From Phallusia mammillata (lineage: Eukaryota): a DNA stretch of 64,000 nt. The notes under the pieces are model-generated. The model was not told the DNA's origin. It did no database searches and saw only the letters and a list, made by a program, of their open reading frames with translations. Shown here piece after piece: positions 1-12,591 of the stretch; the first letter of the stretch is position 1; each line of letters opens with the position of its first letter. Position numbers and translations under genes: made by a program. The DNA is taken from positions 6,262,001 to 6,326,000 of the forward strand of contig OZ281494.1 of NCBI GenBank assembly GCA_965637545.1. Reading direction: 5' to 3'.

Positions 1-2128
1 CGTGGTAGACACGTAACTACTAGTTAAATCATTTGACTCAATCGTTAAGTCTTACAAAGTTGGCTTAGTTACATAATCTTGATAAACTGATACTTGAAAA
101 ATACCAAAAGAGCAAAAAAGCTGTAATTTAAGTACTTACATTTGTCTACTCTTGGACTAACAATTCTAGTCTTTTCAACTTTAGTGTAAATTTCCATTTT
201 AAATCAAATTCAATTATTCAGGGACCTGCTTTTCGACTAAACAGTTTTATAACGCAGTGGCCGCGGCAATGTCTGCATATCTAAGCTTCCTACACTGCGA
301 AACACAATCTGTAAGTTTCGCTTTAAGCTTGATACAGTAACAAACACTAATGTACTCAGGTTAAGCAGATCAGTTACCCTTGTTACGTCATAATGCAACC
401 GCAGAAAACATGTCAATTACTCTGCTGTATACTACGAACTGCAAATTTGGGTTTAAATTACAACAAAATCGAAGACAACGAATTCCACACATCGCGTGTT
501 TAGTGAAGGGAAAAAAGTCGCGCTGCACCGTCATAAACAGCCATTGTTTCGTCATCAATGGGTGACAATAGTAACAGTTATAAGTGGCGTGGTTGAGGCC
601 ATTCAGTGATAAATACTGGAGGTCGGCACTCATCGCTACTTTCAACAACGCGACGACAAAAGAAAATAATTATCGACGCTCTAGACCCGCCAGAAGTCAA
701 AATCTCGCTTTTGCGGTCTCTCGCCTCAGTGACGTCATACTTGTTGTGGTTTGTGTTTCATGAATTCTTGCAAAACTAAAATTAATTAAATTGACTCCAA
801 CCTAATATCCACATACATAAATGTGTTCACCCCGTTCGGGTTTCATAGCTGATTGGACGATAACTGGCCCTCACGACTTCCTCGTTAACTTTTTGTTGAA
901 GATATCCTGTTTCTGCACACCTGATTTTGCCTTATAATATACGTCTTGTTTGATACCACTTCGAGCTTTGCATTCTAGCCATTTTACTTGATCTTTATCT
1001 GTTGCACCAAACTGCAAAACAATGTTGCGCAAAAAACTGATTTAAACCGTTTAATTGCTTGATGTCTTGACTCAGCTATGGACAAGACGTTTCCAAAACT
1101 AAATCTTTCTTGAGGCATTTGTACCCAATATGCTCATTATTATTGCTCGCAAGTCCAGGGTTTTTAATTGTCGTCTCACAAACCCTTAGCGAAATGCAAT
1201 AGACTTACCGTTTACAATCAGTTCCAAAGCTTTTCCAGATCTAGAGTATTCCGATACAAGATAATATCATTGTGTCAAGAAAATGTCGTAACAATGACAA
1301 AACAAAACATATGCTGCAAAAAAATTAGGAAATCTAAGATAACAAGCTTAGAGAAAACTTAACTAGAATATTGCTAACTATGACAAACACAGCTTCTATG
1401 CAAGTAATTAAAACATGAGCAAACCAAAAGTTTTTTTCCTTGTAAGAGAATAAGTCATTAAAATCTGGCTTCGGTTTACTGCACTAAGTTCGTTCGGTAC
1501 ATCTATTTCGGACGCGAACAGCTTCTCACATCAACTTTTGAAAAGAATACTAAAACACGACAATTAAAATCCAACAAAATTCAATAAAACAGAAAATACA
1601 CGTTTAAATATAACGGTCGCGCGTTAAGGTATTCCACTAAGCAGTAGGTAATCTACTATGAAAGTAATTGTATCTGATTCAATACTAATCACTGCTCGTG
1701 GTAAAGAATAGAAAAGTGTTGAGTTACCAGGCATGTCTGGTCAACACGACTAACTCGTGGGTTAAACTCACAACGGTCCAGGGTAATTGCTTGCACTTAT
1801 GCATGGGTGCGTGTGAGACGATGTATTGTGGTGTAAATGAGAGAATGATTGATCCGGATCAGACTAGTATTATCTTGTTTTGGATTCCTGCATAAAATAT
1901 ATCACTTAACAAGATAAAATTGCGTGAATTGTGAGTCATATTGCTGATATGGCCAAAAATGTAAGAAAACGTTATTTAATGCACATTCTTTTCACTTATA
2001 TATTTTGATTAAACAAGGTACTATTTGCGGTAACTTTGAGTCACTATCGCCTCCTAGTGTATAATCTACCCTACACTTTACTCTCTGAACATTTATCGCT
2101 GATTTTTATCTCAACCAAACTCCAGAGC

Positions 2129-2190
2129 AGCGTTTCTCAACCGAGGCCCTTCGCTCTGTAAAGGGGAACACGAGGTGTTTTTCAGTGGGC
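2129..2190. mobile_element. Truncated hAT-type MITE end
   Basis: CAGCGTTTCTCAACC resembles the termini of the complete elements at 27229 and 62954. No matching opposite end found nearby. Confidence 0.5.
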
Positions 2191-5100
2191 CACGACTGTA
2201 GGCGATCATTATTGACATCACTAAATAAAATAAACGCGTACTAACTTCAAATGATTAAAATATCGACATGGCAGAGCACGGGCCCAGGCAAAACTCCTCT
2301 CGTGGGTTCGGATCTCTCCGCATGCGAGATTTTTGTAGCTTATGTCTTATGCGAAAGCTTGGTGACCGGCTGATTCAGTACAATGCCTGTCATAGGCCTG
2401 GCAACACTGCAAACCTTCAAGGAAAAAGGAAGAAACATGCAGCACCAACCGGCAATGCATCTCATGTTCTCAGCTACTGTTTCTTCTTATCGCTAACAGG
2501 TATAGATAAATAAGTGAAGTGGATAAAGAATTTTTGGAACTTTAGCAGGCACATGTTCGGATAACGATCGACCCAGAATTTAATGCTTCATAAGACTGAG
2601 CTTTATGCAAAAGTTGAAAAAATATTTTCCTGTCTTTTTCATTACTACAAAGACAAACAATAAAACACAGTTAATGGGAAATAAATGTACTTTCGATCTT
2701 ACCTGAAAATCAGAACATTCAGAGCGATTTTAAGCTGATCCTTCGAGATCTTGTCAACTAACCCGTGTTTAAAACATCTTTACCTGTTCATGCGTTCTGT
2801 GTGACACATAAATAAGCAGCAACATACCACAGAGACATTCTCCTAACTCTAAACTGTAAAGTGGCATGATTTTGCCCGGTACCAGCGATTTAATGGCTCC
2901 CTTTCTCTGCTCTACTGCGATTAACCTGTTCTTATCTCGTCAAGTGCCTTTGCGTTTAAACGTTCGATACTTTACTTGCTTTGTATAGAGTTGGTCTAAT
3001 ATGTCATGATAAATATCAAGGCTTATATAATATGAGATCAATTTGATCTGGTTGTAATTGGGTAGTTTTTCTTCAAAATCGGTTGTGACGAGCCTAGCAG
3101 AAAGACAGATGCCAAGAAAGCAGGTGAATAGCGAAAATTTAGGTTTTTTGTAGCATAGCTCTCTTTAAGATTTGGTCAGGTTAAGATAAAATAGTACAAA
3201 ACTGAGGAAAAGAATGTAAAGGCTGATGAATGTACTTTTGTGGATTATTTTTGATCAGTGCTGTGTAAAATAGAATCTACTTTAAAAATGAATTTCCATA
3301 AATAATTTTCCAATTAGTTGTGCGAAAATTGTGCTAGGCAAATTGCAACTTACAAGGTATAACATGCACATGCAAGTGTGGGGGCTTTTAAATCAGTTTA
3401 ACCCCAAATGTTGAAACGTACGAACATATAGTTTAAGTATGTGAAAGGTAAATCGTAATAAACAATGTTCGAACGTGTTGATTGTGCAAAGAAGTATTTT
3501 CTAACAACCTACTTAAACTGTCTGCGCATTTAAAACAACGTTTTTACACGGTAAATACTTTGTTTGACAATGCGCCTGCACGAAAAAGGCTAGATATCCA
3601 AAAATGATATGCGTCAGAAACGTGGCAGGTAGCTGTGTATCGCATTTCGTCCGGAATGTCACCAGGCCGGTATTATGCAGCAACGAAAAATTTTAAATTC
3701 GTGTTTTTATTAAGCCTATACCAGCAGAATATCCTTGACTAAGAAAAACTGTGCAGTTCCAAAAAATGCATTTATTGTGTTTTATTAATAACTTCAACGC
3801 TTTACGGTGTATAACATTATAATTCGTTTTAGAAAACAGTCCAACATCTGATTCATTTTCATAGGATCAAGTAAAATGTATAAAAAATACGTTTATAGTG
3901 CGATTTCAGTTCGCTAAATGTTCGGAATCTTTGTTTTTATCGGTAGGCTACGTTTCTTTCCTAGGCGTGTCTGCCATTTTGTTTCAAACCGTTTCCTCAT
4001 TTTTATTCCTTTGTCATTTGTTTGGATATAAACGAGTGAATTTTATCAAATATGCATAATTATCAACGTACTATTTAACACATAACATACGAAATTGGAC
4101 AATCGACATTTTTTGCATATTTGTGCGATGCGAATTGTAGAACAAGTGTGGTAGTCCAGCAAAACAAATCATTTCTTTCTTATCTCTATGGCCCACTAGC
4201 GGAAGACATTTTATGTGGCAACGTTATTAACAATTCTATAGACATTGAAAGGTTAATCTCAATTTCAATGTTCCTATGGCGTAATTGTAAACCAAACAAA
4301 TAACAAATGTGGGTGTAGGTTTGCTTTGTTAATAAAATACCTCACTATAACAATTAAACGCGCTGCTGCATTGTTGTACAACTTCGCACAAATTACAGCC
4401 TGATTGAATAGGGCATAATGCAACCACAGGTAAAAAACTTAATTGCCTCTGACATGGTTGTCAAGTCATTAAGATAATGTTCATTTGGTACATTGTCTAT
4501 AATTTAGTCTCTAAACAGCCAAGCGACTATTGTTGAAAACAACAGAACAAACTATTTTGACGAATAGCTTTTTTCATTTTAAACCACCACAAACCAACCG
4601 ATTTTGTGAGCAACAGCTTTGAGGTCCACGCCATGTTTGAAAGGTTGAAGTTTTCTACCAACGTAGGTAGAACAGTGGGAAATTAAATGAGGTTAAATCG
4701 TAACCTATGTTACATACTGGATGATTTTATTTTCCTAAGATAAGTTAGATAAAATAATTGCTTGGTACATGATTTTTAACAAGTAGGCTAGCTGGTAGTA
4801 AAAACGATGAACTTTTGCACTTTTATTTTAAATCAGCAAGTTTAAAGTGTTTGAAAGTTTACGCAAACGACCTTTCCTTACCTATTGCTGTGATTCACTA
4901 TAATCTCGTGGCAATTCAAAGTGAAGGCATTCAAAGTATGAGTCACAGAAACCTAGAGTAAAAAAGCCACACGACAATAAGTTCAACGGAGGTTTACAGT
5001 AGGTTACCAGGTGCTTAAAACCACTTCCACAGTGGAATGCAGTCTTTTGTTAAACAGTTTATTCACTGCTCTTTGGTGATAAAAATTGTAAGGAGAAAAC

Positions 5101-5417
5101 ATTGTGAAAGTTGCTGTACGAATGTTTTCATTTATTGAAACTTTTATCCTATGTATCAAGTTTAATTTAAAATCGTTTTCTGAAACAATGATGTACATAC
5201 AGCTCTAAGCGATCCTGAACATGTATGCACCACAGCAGTCACAAGTGTACATAGGGATACACCAAAAATGTTGCATGCGTAATTAATTGTAGTAGATGTT
5301 GAATAAAATACGTACCACCACATTTGCGTTCACACTTTTATTTTACGTCTGTGCATCGGTTATAAAGGGTAAATCAGAGGAAAATGTTGGGCTAAACATC
5401 ATTGGTCTACTCTAAAC

Positions 5418-5969
5418 CAGTGTTACCTAACCGGGGGGAATTTACTTTAATTTGCACATTTTAAATGATCGTTGTATGGTTTAGCATCTACCATGTGGTA
5501 TATTAGGAAGAAATAAAATGTTTGGGACTGTTAACAGTGGCGTAGGAGCATATGCTGCCGCCCCTGGTTTTCGTTGAAAATGCCGCCCTACGTAGACTGC
5601 AGCAATTTTTGAAATAGTTTCATGTTCAAGCAATCTCTTCAATAAAAATAATTACAAATAATGTGCCGCGTCTCAGAAGTTCTACATTGCTCGTGAAAGA
5701 AGCCTCACTGTCTCAGCGTTAAGGCCAAAAATAAAAGACAAAAAATGGAGAACAAATGTATTAGGCAAATAAAAGATCAATAGCCGCCTCAAAATTGAAC
5801 TTTTCGAGCTTTCGTCGAAGCAAAATCAGGGACAACTTTTATCCAGAAGTGTCCCCTTAAGTCATTTTGCCGCCCCCTTGCAGCCTGCCGCAGAGCCAGA
5901 ACCGCCAAGTGGCTGCTACGCCACTGACTGTTAAGGGAGGATTTTGTCGAAAAAGGTTGGGAACTTCTG
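5418..5969. mobile_element. hAT-type MITE (outer element of a nested pair)
   Basis: Imperfect TIRs CAGTGTTACCTAACC / GGTTGGGAACTTCTG. Flanking 8-mers ctctaaac (5410-5417) and atctaaac (5970-5977) match 7/8. An 8-bp TSD with CAG...CTG ends is the hAT signature. Confidence 0.75.
5535..5926. mobile_element. hAT-type MITE (inner element)
   Basis: Perfect 11-bp TIR CAGTGGCGTAG / CTACGCCACTG. Perfect 8-bp TSD actgttaa (5527-5534, 5927-5934). Subterminal GCCGCCCC motifs. Confidence 0.9.
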
Positions 5970-8900
5970 ATCTAAACAACTGGATTTAAAAGATAAAAAG
6001 GCCTTTGTGTCAATTAACCACTTCGTCTACTTTCGATTGACTCAACCAATTTTTGTTTGTTTCTCCTAACCCTTCACTTGTCAGGGATTGATCCTTCCCA
6101 CATCAACAAAGATTTTTGGTGTAGATAAGCAAAACTGACTCACACTTGTTAGTTTCGATCTTTCACATTTGTCATCGAGCAAGTAACTTGAAAACCAAGC
6201 TAAAACGCTTACCTTCACGCCGTTTTAACAGAAGATTTTGAACACAGATTATGTGCTTTTGAACAGTTAGTATGACAACGCAATATTTTTTTGATTTGCG
6301 AGTATTGTACGACCGGTATATTGTTTATATTGTGTTGGCCGCGCAATCTTTAAAAGTTTGGTTTTGTTTAAGTCAGAATCTTTAGCAACGAATTTTCGAA
6401 TCTGTTTTTTATTAACTTTAAAACTATAAAACACAATGGAAATGTTGTCCCATTGCCAAATAAATAGACTTAGATAGTTATATGTACTGTACAGCAGCAA
6501 TATTTTAACGTCAAAACGTTGTGCAGTATGAAAAGTTAAAACGTTTGTAAAAACATATCCTACTTTAGAATGTTCAATATCGCCTATATAAACAGAACGA
6601 TTTTCCTAAAGTCATGACAAGTGAGTACAAGTCAAACTGTTTCACTAGAGTTCCTCTGCACATAAACATTTCCCGTAAAAACATACCACAACGTGCTAAG
6701 GTAATCTGGTTTCATAATCCCAAGCGGGTCGTCTGGTAAGAAGAAAGGTCTAAGCAAGATATCAAATTGCTTACAAAAAAAACTACCCGGTACCCTTGTG
6801 ATTATAAGTTTTTGTTGTTGTTATCTTTAAAGGCACTTTTGAAGTTTCAAGTAAGGTTTATAATTTCGTCTGTATTTGTGTTAGAAACGCATTGGAAAAT
6901 ATCTTTAAAATATTGTGTACATTTGCAACTTGCAATGTGTTTAGACTTGCATACCAATTTTTTGAACTTTATTAAAACTGACTCTAAAATGTATAAATGT
7001 CGTATTTTATCCTTGTAACGCGCGCCCATTACTAAAAATCGATAACAACATCCATATAATCCAAATTCCAACAATTATGAAAGGACGATGTCGTAACGGC
7101 GGAAAGGTCAAATATAGATTCGAAATCCATGCGTGTTTTGTTGTGCTGGTAACAAACAGCGTGAGCATTTCGGAAGACTGTAAAATGTGGACCTTATTAG
7201 TTAGCTTGTTTGTTTCATTTGAATAGTATATGAGGGCTTACTGGTTATTTTAAAAACTAATCTAAAAGTTCGTTGCCAATTGTGGCTTTGTGGGTAAAAT
7301 ACAACAAAGTTTTAGGACCGCTTTTGTAAGCTATAAGTAACCAAGAGTGAAAAAGAAACAAAAAGTTTGAGCAAACGTTTGCATTTTGCATGATATAAAC
7401 AGCAACTCTTGCGTAACAAGGGTCAATGGTAAAACCAGAAAAGTAAGAAACGAAGGTAATCGTATTAAAAACCGCTTACGCCAGGGGTTGAACCGTCAAC
7501 CCTCTTTCAACCCGGGAAATACCGCCAGTACTCGGAAATCTGCTGAAAATCATGAGCGGAACGAAAGGTGAAAGGTCAGGAGATGTTTACCGCAACGAGG
7601 TGAGATGATCGGAAGATAATTGGTCACAGAATCCAGCGTACACGGGAGAAAATACTTTGCTACAAAACCCGAATCGTTAGGGGCGAGATACACCAGCTTT
7701 GCGCTTAAGCGTCGACCCTGCGATTTGAGATCTTGCATGCAAATGATCAGGGCAAATCTTTAGCCAAACGAGCCGGAAAATTGTCAGATACGCCAGATTT
7801 GGGAGCAATAAGAGAAACTGGGTCATCGATATGTTTTATCAGTAACAGTTTCTTGATAGATTTCAACGGATTGTACTGTTATGCAATGAGTTCCATAATG
7901 AACTGAATAAAACATTCTCTGATGTTTTTCGCTTGATATAAAACGACACAGTCTGTGTGTCACACAGACCATGTTTAAACAATCATTGTTTATGGTCTTT
8001 TAACAGGCCAGTGTTTGTGCCAATGGCTTGTTTTAGCGAAAAGCGTAAAATACATGTGACTTTTTTTTGGCTGCATTGACTATAATTATTAAGATATACT
8101 TTGTAACTGTTTCTAACGTATACGCAGCATTGGTTTTAAAATGTGGTTTACAAGCTACCAAAGAATTCCTTTAAATCCAATAAAGAATATTGTATTCGTC
8201 TAACAATTACATCCTCGGGGAGTTTAAGTTCGACATGCTTTCGACATGAGCACCATTCTTGAAACAGAACAAACCTTGGCATCAACTTGCGCCCTGGATA
8301 ACATTATTAATATGCAATAGGATAAGGTATAGTTATTTATTTAAAGCTAAACCAACTCTGTATGAAGCGTAATGCAATTGCTGTGTTGTTAAATGCCACA
8401 ACCAAGCCGCGATTTTGCACAAAACCATGCTAACCGCTGCCACAAAGAGAAAGGTCTTTGCATCCGTATTTCATGACTTACATTGTGATCCCATTAAATA
8501 TCGTTGAAGCTTGTTTTAATACGTCAGGGACCGGTGTAATTTCATCGTCTAGGAAGGATTCGAATGTCCGTGTTTGGTTTAAAGTCACTCATTTTGGCTA
8601 ATTTACCGACAGGAATTCATTAGTGCGATGATATTCCTTTATGGGAAAGTAAAATGCTAAGCCAAACATTTTTAACATTTATTGTTGTCGTTCTTTCTGC
8701 TAATATCGACGTAATAATACTTTTAAGTCACATAACTTTTCAAGCTAAAAATGCTTGTTGCTTTCGTTTAGAAACAGAAGTTGCTGAAAAACAATCACAC
8801 TTCATTCATTTAAATAAACCTTGCTGCGTCGAAATATTTTTGTGCAAGATCTTTTTTGTCAGCTATGGAGTAAAAGCAACCGTCAAATCAGCTTGAAAAT

Positions 8901-11884
8901 GCGACGCCATTTTGTCGGCGATATGCATGACTGCACCATCACAATGGTGCCACAGACTTGTATCGAAATCGTTTCTAAAAATATAAAAATTTAGTAGAGA
9001 GAGACACAAGTATTTGAAAGATTTGCTAATTATATGAAATTATATTCTGTTTAATTTTGTTCCAAAATTTTGTGACCAAAATGCAAGTGAAGTTAAAAAA
9101 AACGGTTAAACTATTTCTTTTGATTTGATTCTTAAACCAAAGAGATTAATCGACGGTCCGTAAACAAAATAATAGATTATGTTTTTCTCCAAATATTTCA
9201 CTATTTTGCAATCAAATCGACAAGCAAACTATAATGGGATCATATTGTTTTATTTTGTGGCATAGAGTAGCGAATTCGTTTTAATCACATGCAATTACCA
9301 AAATTGAAGTAGGAAAACGCACTTTTGCTTGCGCGCACAGTACTGTATTGAGATACAAAAAAGATACTTGCTGAAGCATGTTTGCTTGTAAGGATGAATA
9401 ACGTGGGAAATTTTCGAAACAAAATTTCATAAGTTAAGGCCTGTTGCATTTGAAGACTCGTCACTACATTGATCAGTGGTGTTTTATTTGAAGTCAGACG
9501 TCAACAGCTATCTCCTCTTCTCGTCTTTGATGGTTTTATGAATATTTTTCGGTAAGGAGAAAGTATTTATTAAACAACCCTGGCGGTGGGATTGGAATTT
9601 AATGTTGCGCGACAGACTTCCGTTTAACAGACCAACATCGGTCCGTTCTGACGAAGAATTAACCTTTATCGCCCATACCTAATTTTAATGTCTGTCTCTT
9701 TTCATGCGTCACAATTTAGTTTTAAAAAGAAATTTTGCGTTCTTGATATTGAATTTAATCATTCCTCGACTCATCAGCCAACTGGCCATAAATTTATGAC
9801 AGCTTTGTGGTTTAAACAGATTTGAACTTTCGTTAGATATCGATAACCGTAAACAGATGGTTTGTTCAGTTAAACGAAAGTCGAAGTGCTTTAACATTTA
9901 TTTCTAACAGCTTACTATTGCCAAGCAATTACTAAAGTATTTGTAAAATGTGAAGCTTAATAAGGAATGGGTATAATGTTGTCAACCAAAAAGCTCTTGC
10001 AATTAAAGGTTAATCTCCGTTTGCAGCAAGGCCAAAGTGTCGTTTTAGACTGAAATATATTTTCGACCTTTTCACATGAAATGTCACCAACATTTTTGTT
10101 CTGTAGGGTCGCGGTTGACATTACCAATGCCTTTAATGTCTGTTACGCCGCCATTTCATTTCATGTGCCTGTTTTTCATTAGTTCTGTCGAAATGAACGA
10201 CCTCCCGTCCTAGATCGACAACTTCATATCGAGTAACCCGAACTGATGGTAATTTAAAGTAATTTCCTTTGAAATAGGACTTGGGCGCCATTCTCCACAC
10301 ATACTGACGGACAGCAACCTGTGTTACGCACATAACGTAAGGTTATAAGCAAGTAAACGTGCAATACAGAGTACCCTGGTATACTGTGACCGCATGGCAG
10401 GAAATGTAGTGACGTTGATACACTGTATGTGAACATGTGATGACCCAGTTCTCTTATAAACCTTGTTCCCTCTATGACACAATACGATAGTTGTGCCATA
10501 AATTGCGTCATTCGCAGGATACCAGACTTAGATACCCTAAATGATTTAAATCGTTGTGTTGTACTCTAGGCATAGCCATTAATAAAACTGTGGACATATT
10601 GCCTTTAAAGAACGGCAACAACCAAAAGTTAAATTTCTGTTGATGTCTGTTACCAACAAGGGTTTCACCTGTCAGTGCATGTTAACTGTTTGAAAATAAT
10701 TTCATAAACTAATAAAGTAAAATGAACCCAACAATTTGGAGCAACATTGGGTTGAACCGCTGAGGTGATTTTTGTAACCCAACATAGTAAAAAGGGAAAC
10801 GAAAATCTGTGGTGAAATTAGACTGAAAATTTACATACCCCGTTTTATTTAGTTATTGAATCATAATTTCAAACAACTCCATTTGTTTGCTTTTTTCGTC
10901 TTTTTAAAATTTGTGTTTGTTTTATTCCTATCGAAAGAAATGAGTAGCAATTGAAATTTTCGTGTATCTTGGCCCACATAACTCAAAAGAAAACCACGTT
11001 AGGCCAACTTAAGGTTAATCGAGGAACACACATGAGTATGCCCTCTATGATTACATAACTACGTAACATCAACAATGAATAAACGGGTACATAAAAAGCA
11101 TAAACAAGGAAGTTCTCATATGGCTTACGTCATCTGGTATTGCGTCACAATATTGTGTATTCTTGTAATAACGATAGGCGCGGCGTCTGTTAGGGCGTTA
11201 CTGAATTGATAAAGAATGTTTAAGATTGTCTCTGTGAGTTTGTCAGTAACCGCACTAGGGGCCTTAGTAATGTTGTTTGGTTAAGAGGAAAGGCTTTCAG
11301 TGTCTAGTTGAGTCCTGTGTTGTTGTCCGCACTCCTTTAGTCTGATTGGTAATAGGGTTTAGGTGGTTTTATTTGCCAATGTTGATTAATTTCACCGTGG
11401 CAACGGGATTTTTTAGCGGTCGGTGTGAAATGATAGTTGGTGTCAGTTTTGTTGCTAGACTTTTGTGTAACATGAAAACAGAATATGTGCTTGTGTGCGA
11501 AAACGCAGCGACAGTACGAGGGACTTTTTTGTTGTGTTGATAGAAACAGGCGTAAACATAAAACCGTGTGAGCGAATGAGTTGAGATGGTCCAACAATAC
11601 TTGACTTGGTTTCAGATCATCTTCAAACCAAACAATACTTAAACAGATGTTACGTTACGAAACAATGAACACAACTGTCTCAAAATTTAACTGGATTGAT
11701 AAAACACTGTTCAATGTAGCCTTTTGGTGCCTATATTTGAAGTTAAACACCACGGCCAAAATTACGTCTGCGTAACAAATATACGTTTGCCACAACTAAA
11801 CGAAACTTTGCCACCCCTAACCGATTACGACGTAACACCTGGCAGTGTTGCGCAATCATCGCGCAGCCACTATGACGTCAGGTG

Positions 11885-11978
11885 ATGAAACGTACCACAT
11901 ACCTGGAAAGTTTGCCTAGGACAATCGAACGGCGCGATTCTTCTCGTTCGAAAGCGAGTGTCGCGGCGTGGAATAAAG
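11885..11978 (+). CDS. Putative first coding exon of the PH(-PDZ) gene
   Basis: ATG at 11885 gives MKRTTYLESLPRTIERRDSSRSKASVAAWNK, ending in a phase-1 donor AAG|gttgag. The phase matches the acceptor at 12441. No homology evidence. Confidence 0.45.
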
Positions 11979-12441
11979 GTTGAGTCAACACGGGGCCGGT
12001 GTGGCTCAATTGGTGGAACCTTTCTAAGCCTTGACTCACTTTGAGGGATTTTTATTGGCAAAGAGAAAGTGACTGTTGGTTATCCTGGGCCTCGCGTAAC
12101 TGCCGTTTGTCTACAGTGGTTCCGCGTTCCATTCCAACAAAGCCTAGCGCTACCACGCCGCGATCAACCTGTCGCGCTGCCCATTGTGACGAAACGTTTT
12201 ATGAATAGCGTCGATCGGTGTGCGTGGGAATGACGTTGTTTTTTTTCTTGTTAATAAGTGACATTCTTCATAAGTTTGTTAGTTAGTTATTGTAACGCAA
12301 CGTAAGAGCTCGGTATTAGCAATTTTGCGTTGCTATTAAAAAAGAGGGTAAAAGTCATGCATATCTGAAAGCACTTTTTACATTGAAATTAAACATGCAT
12401 CAGCTGCTGTTTGAAACAATATTTATGATGATATCTTGCAG

Positions 12442-12591
12442 ATATTGAGGACAGGTCGTTAAGAGTTCCGCCATTACGCCAACAGTTCCCATTGAAAACT
12501 CGAAAATGAGTCAAAAGCTTTAGTAGACCAAAAAGAGGAACCAATTACTGATGGTGAAATCGCATTAAAGAGAATAGAACAACTAGTTTCT
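12442..12591 (+). CDS. Putative exon 2 of the PH(-PDZ) gene, needs a 1-nt correction
   Basis: Acceptor tcttgcag, strong donor TCT|gtaagt. Reads DIEDRSLRVPPLRQQFPLK, then LENESKALVDQKEEPITDGEIALKRIEQLVS in a shifted frame. The phase-0 end matches the acceptor at 16341. Confidence 0.45.
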
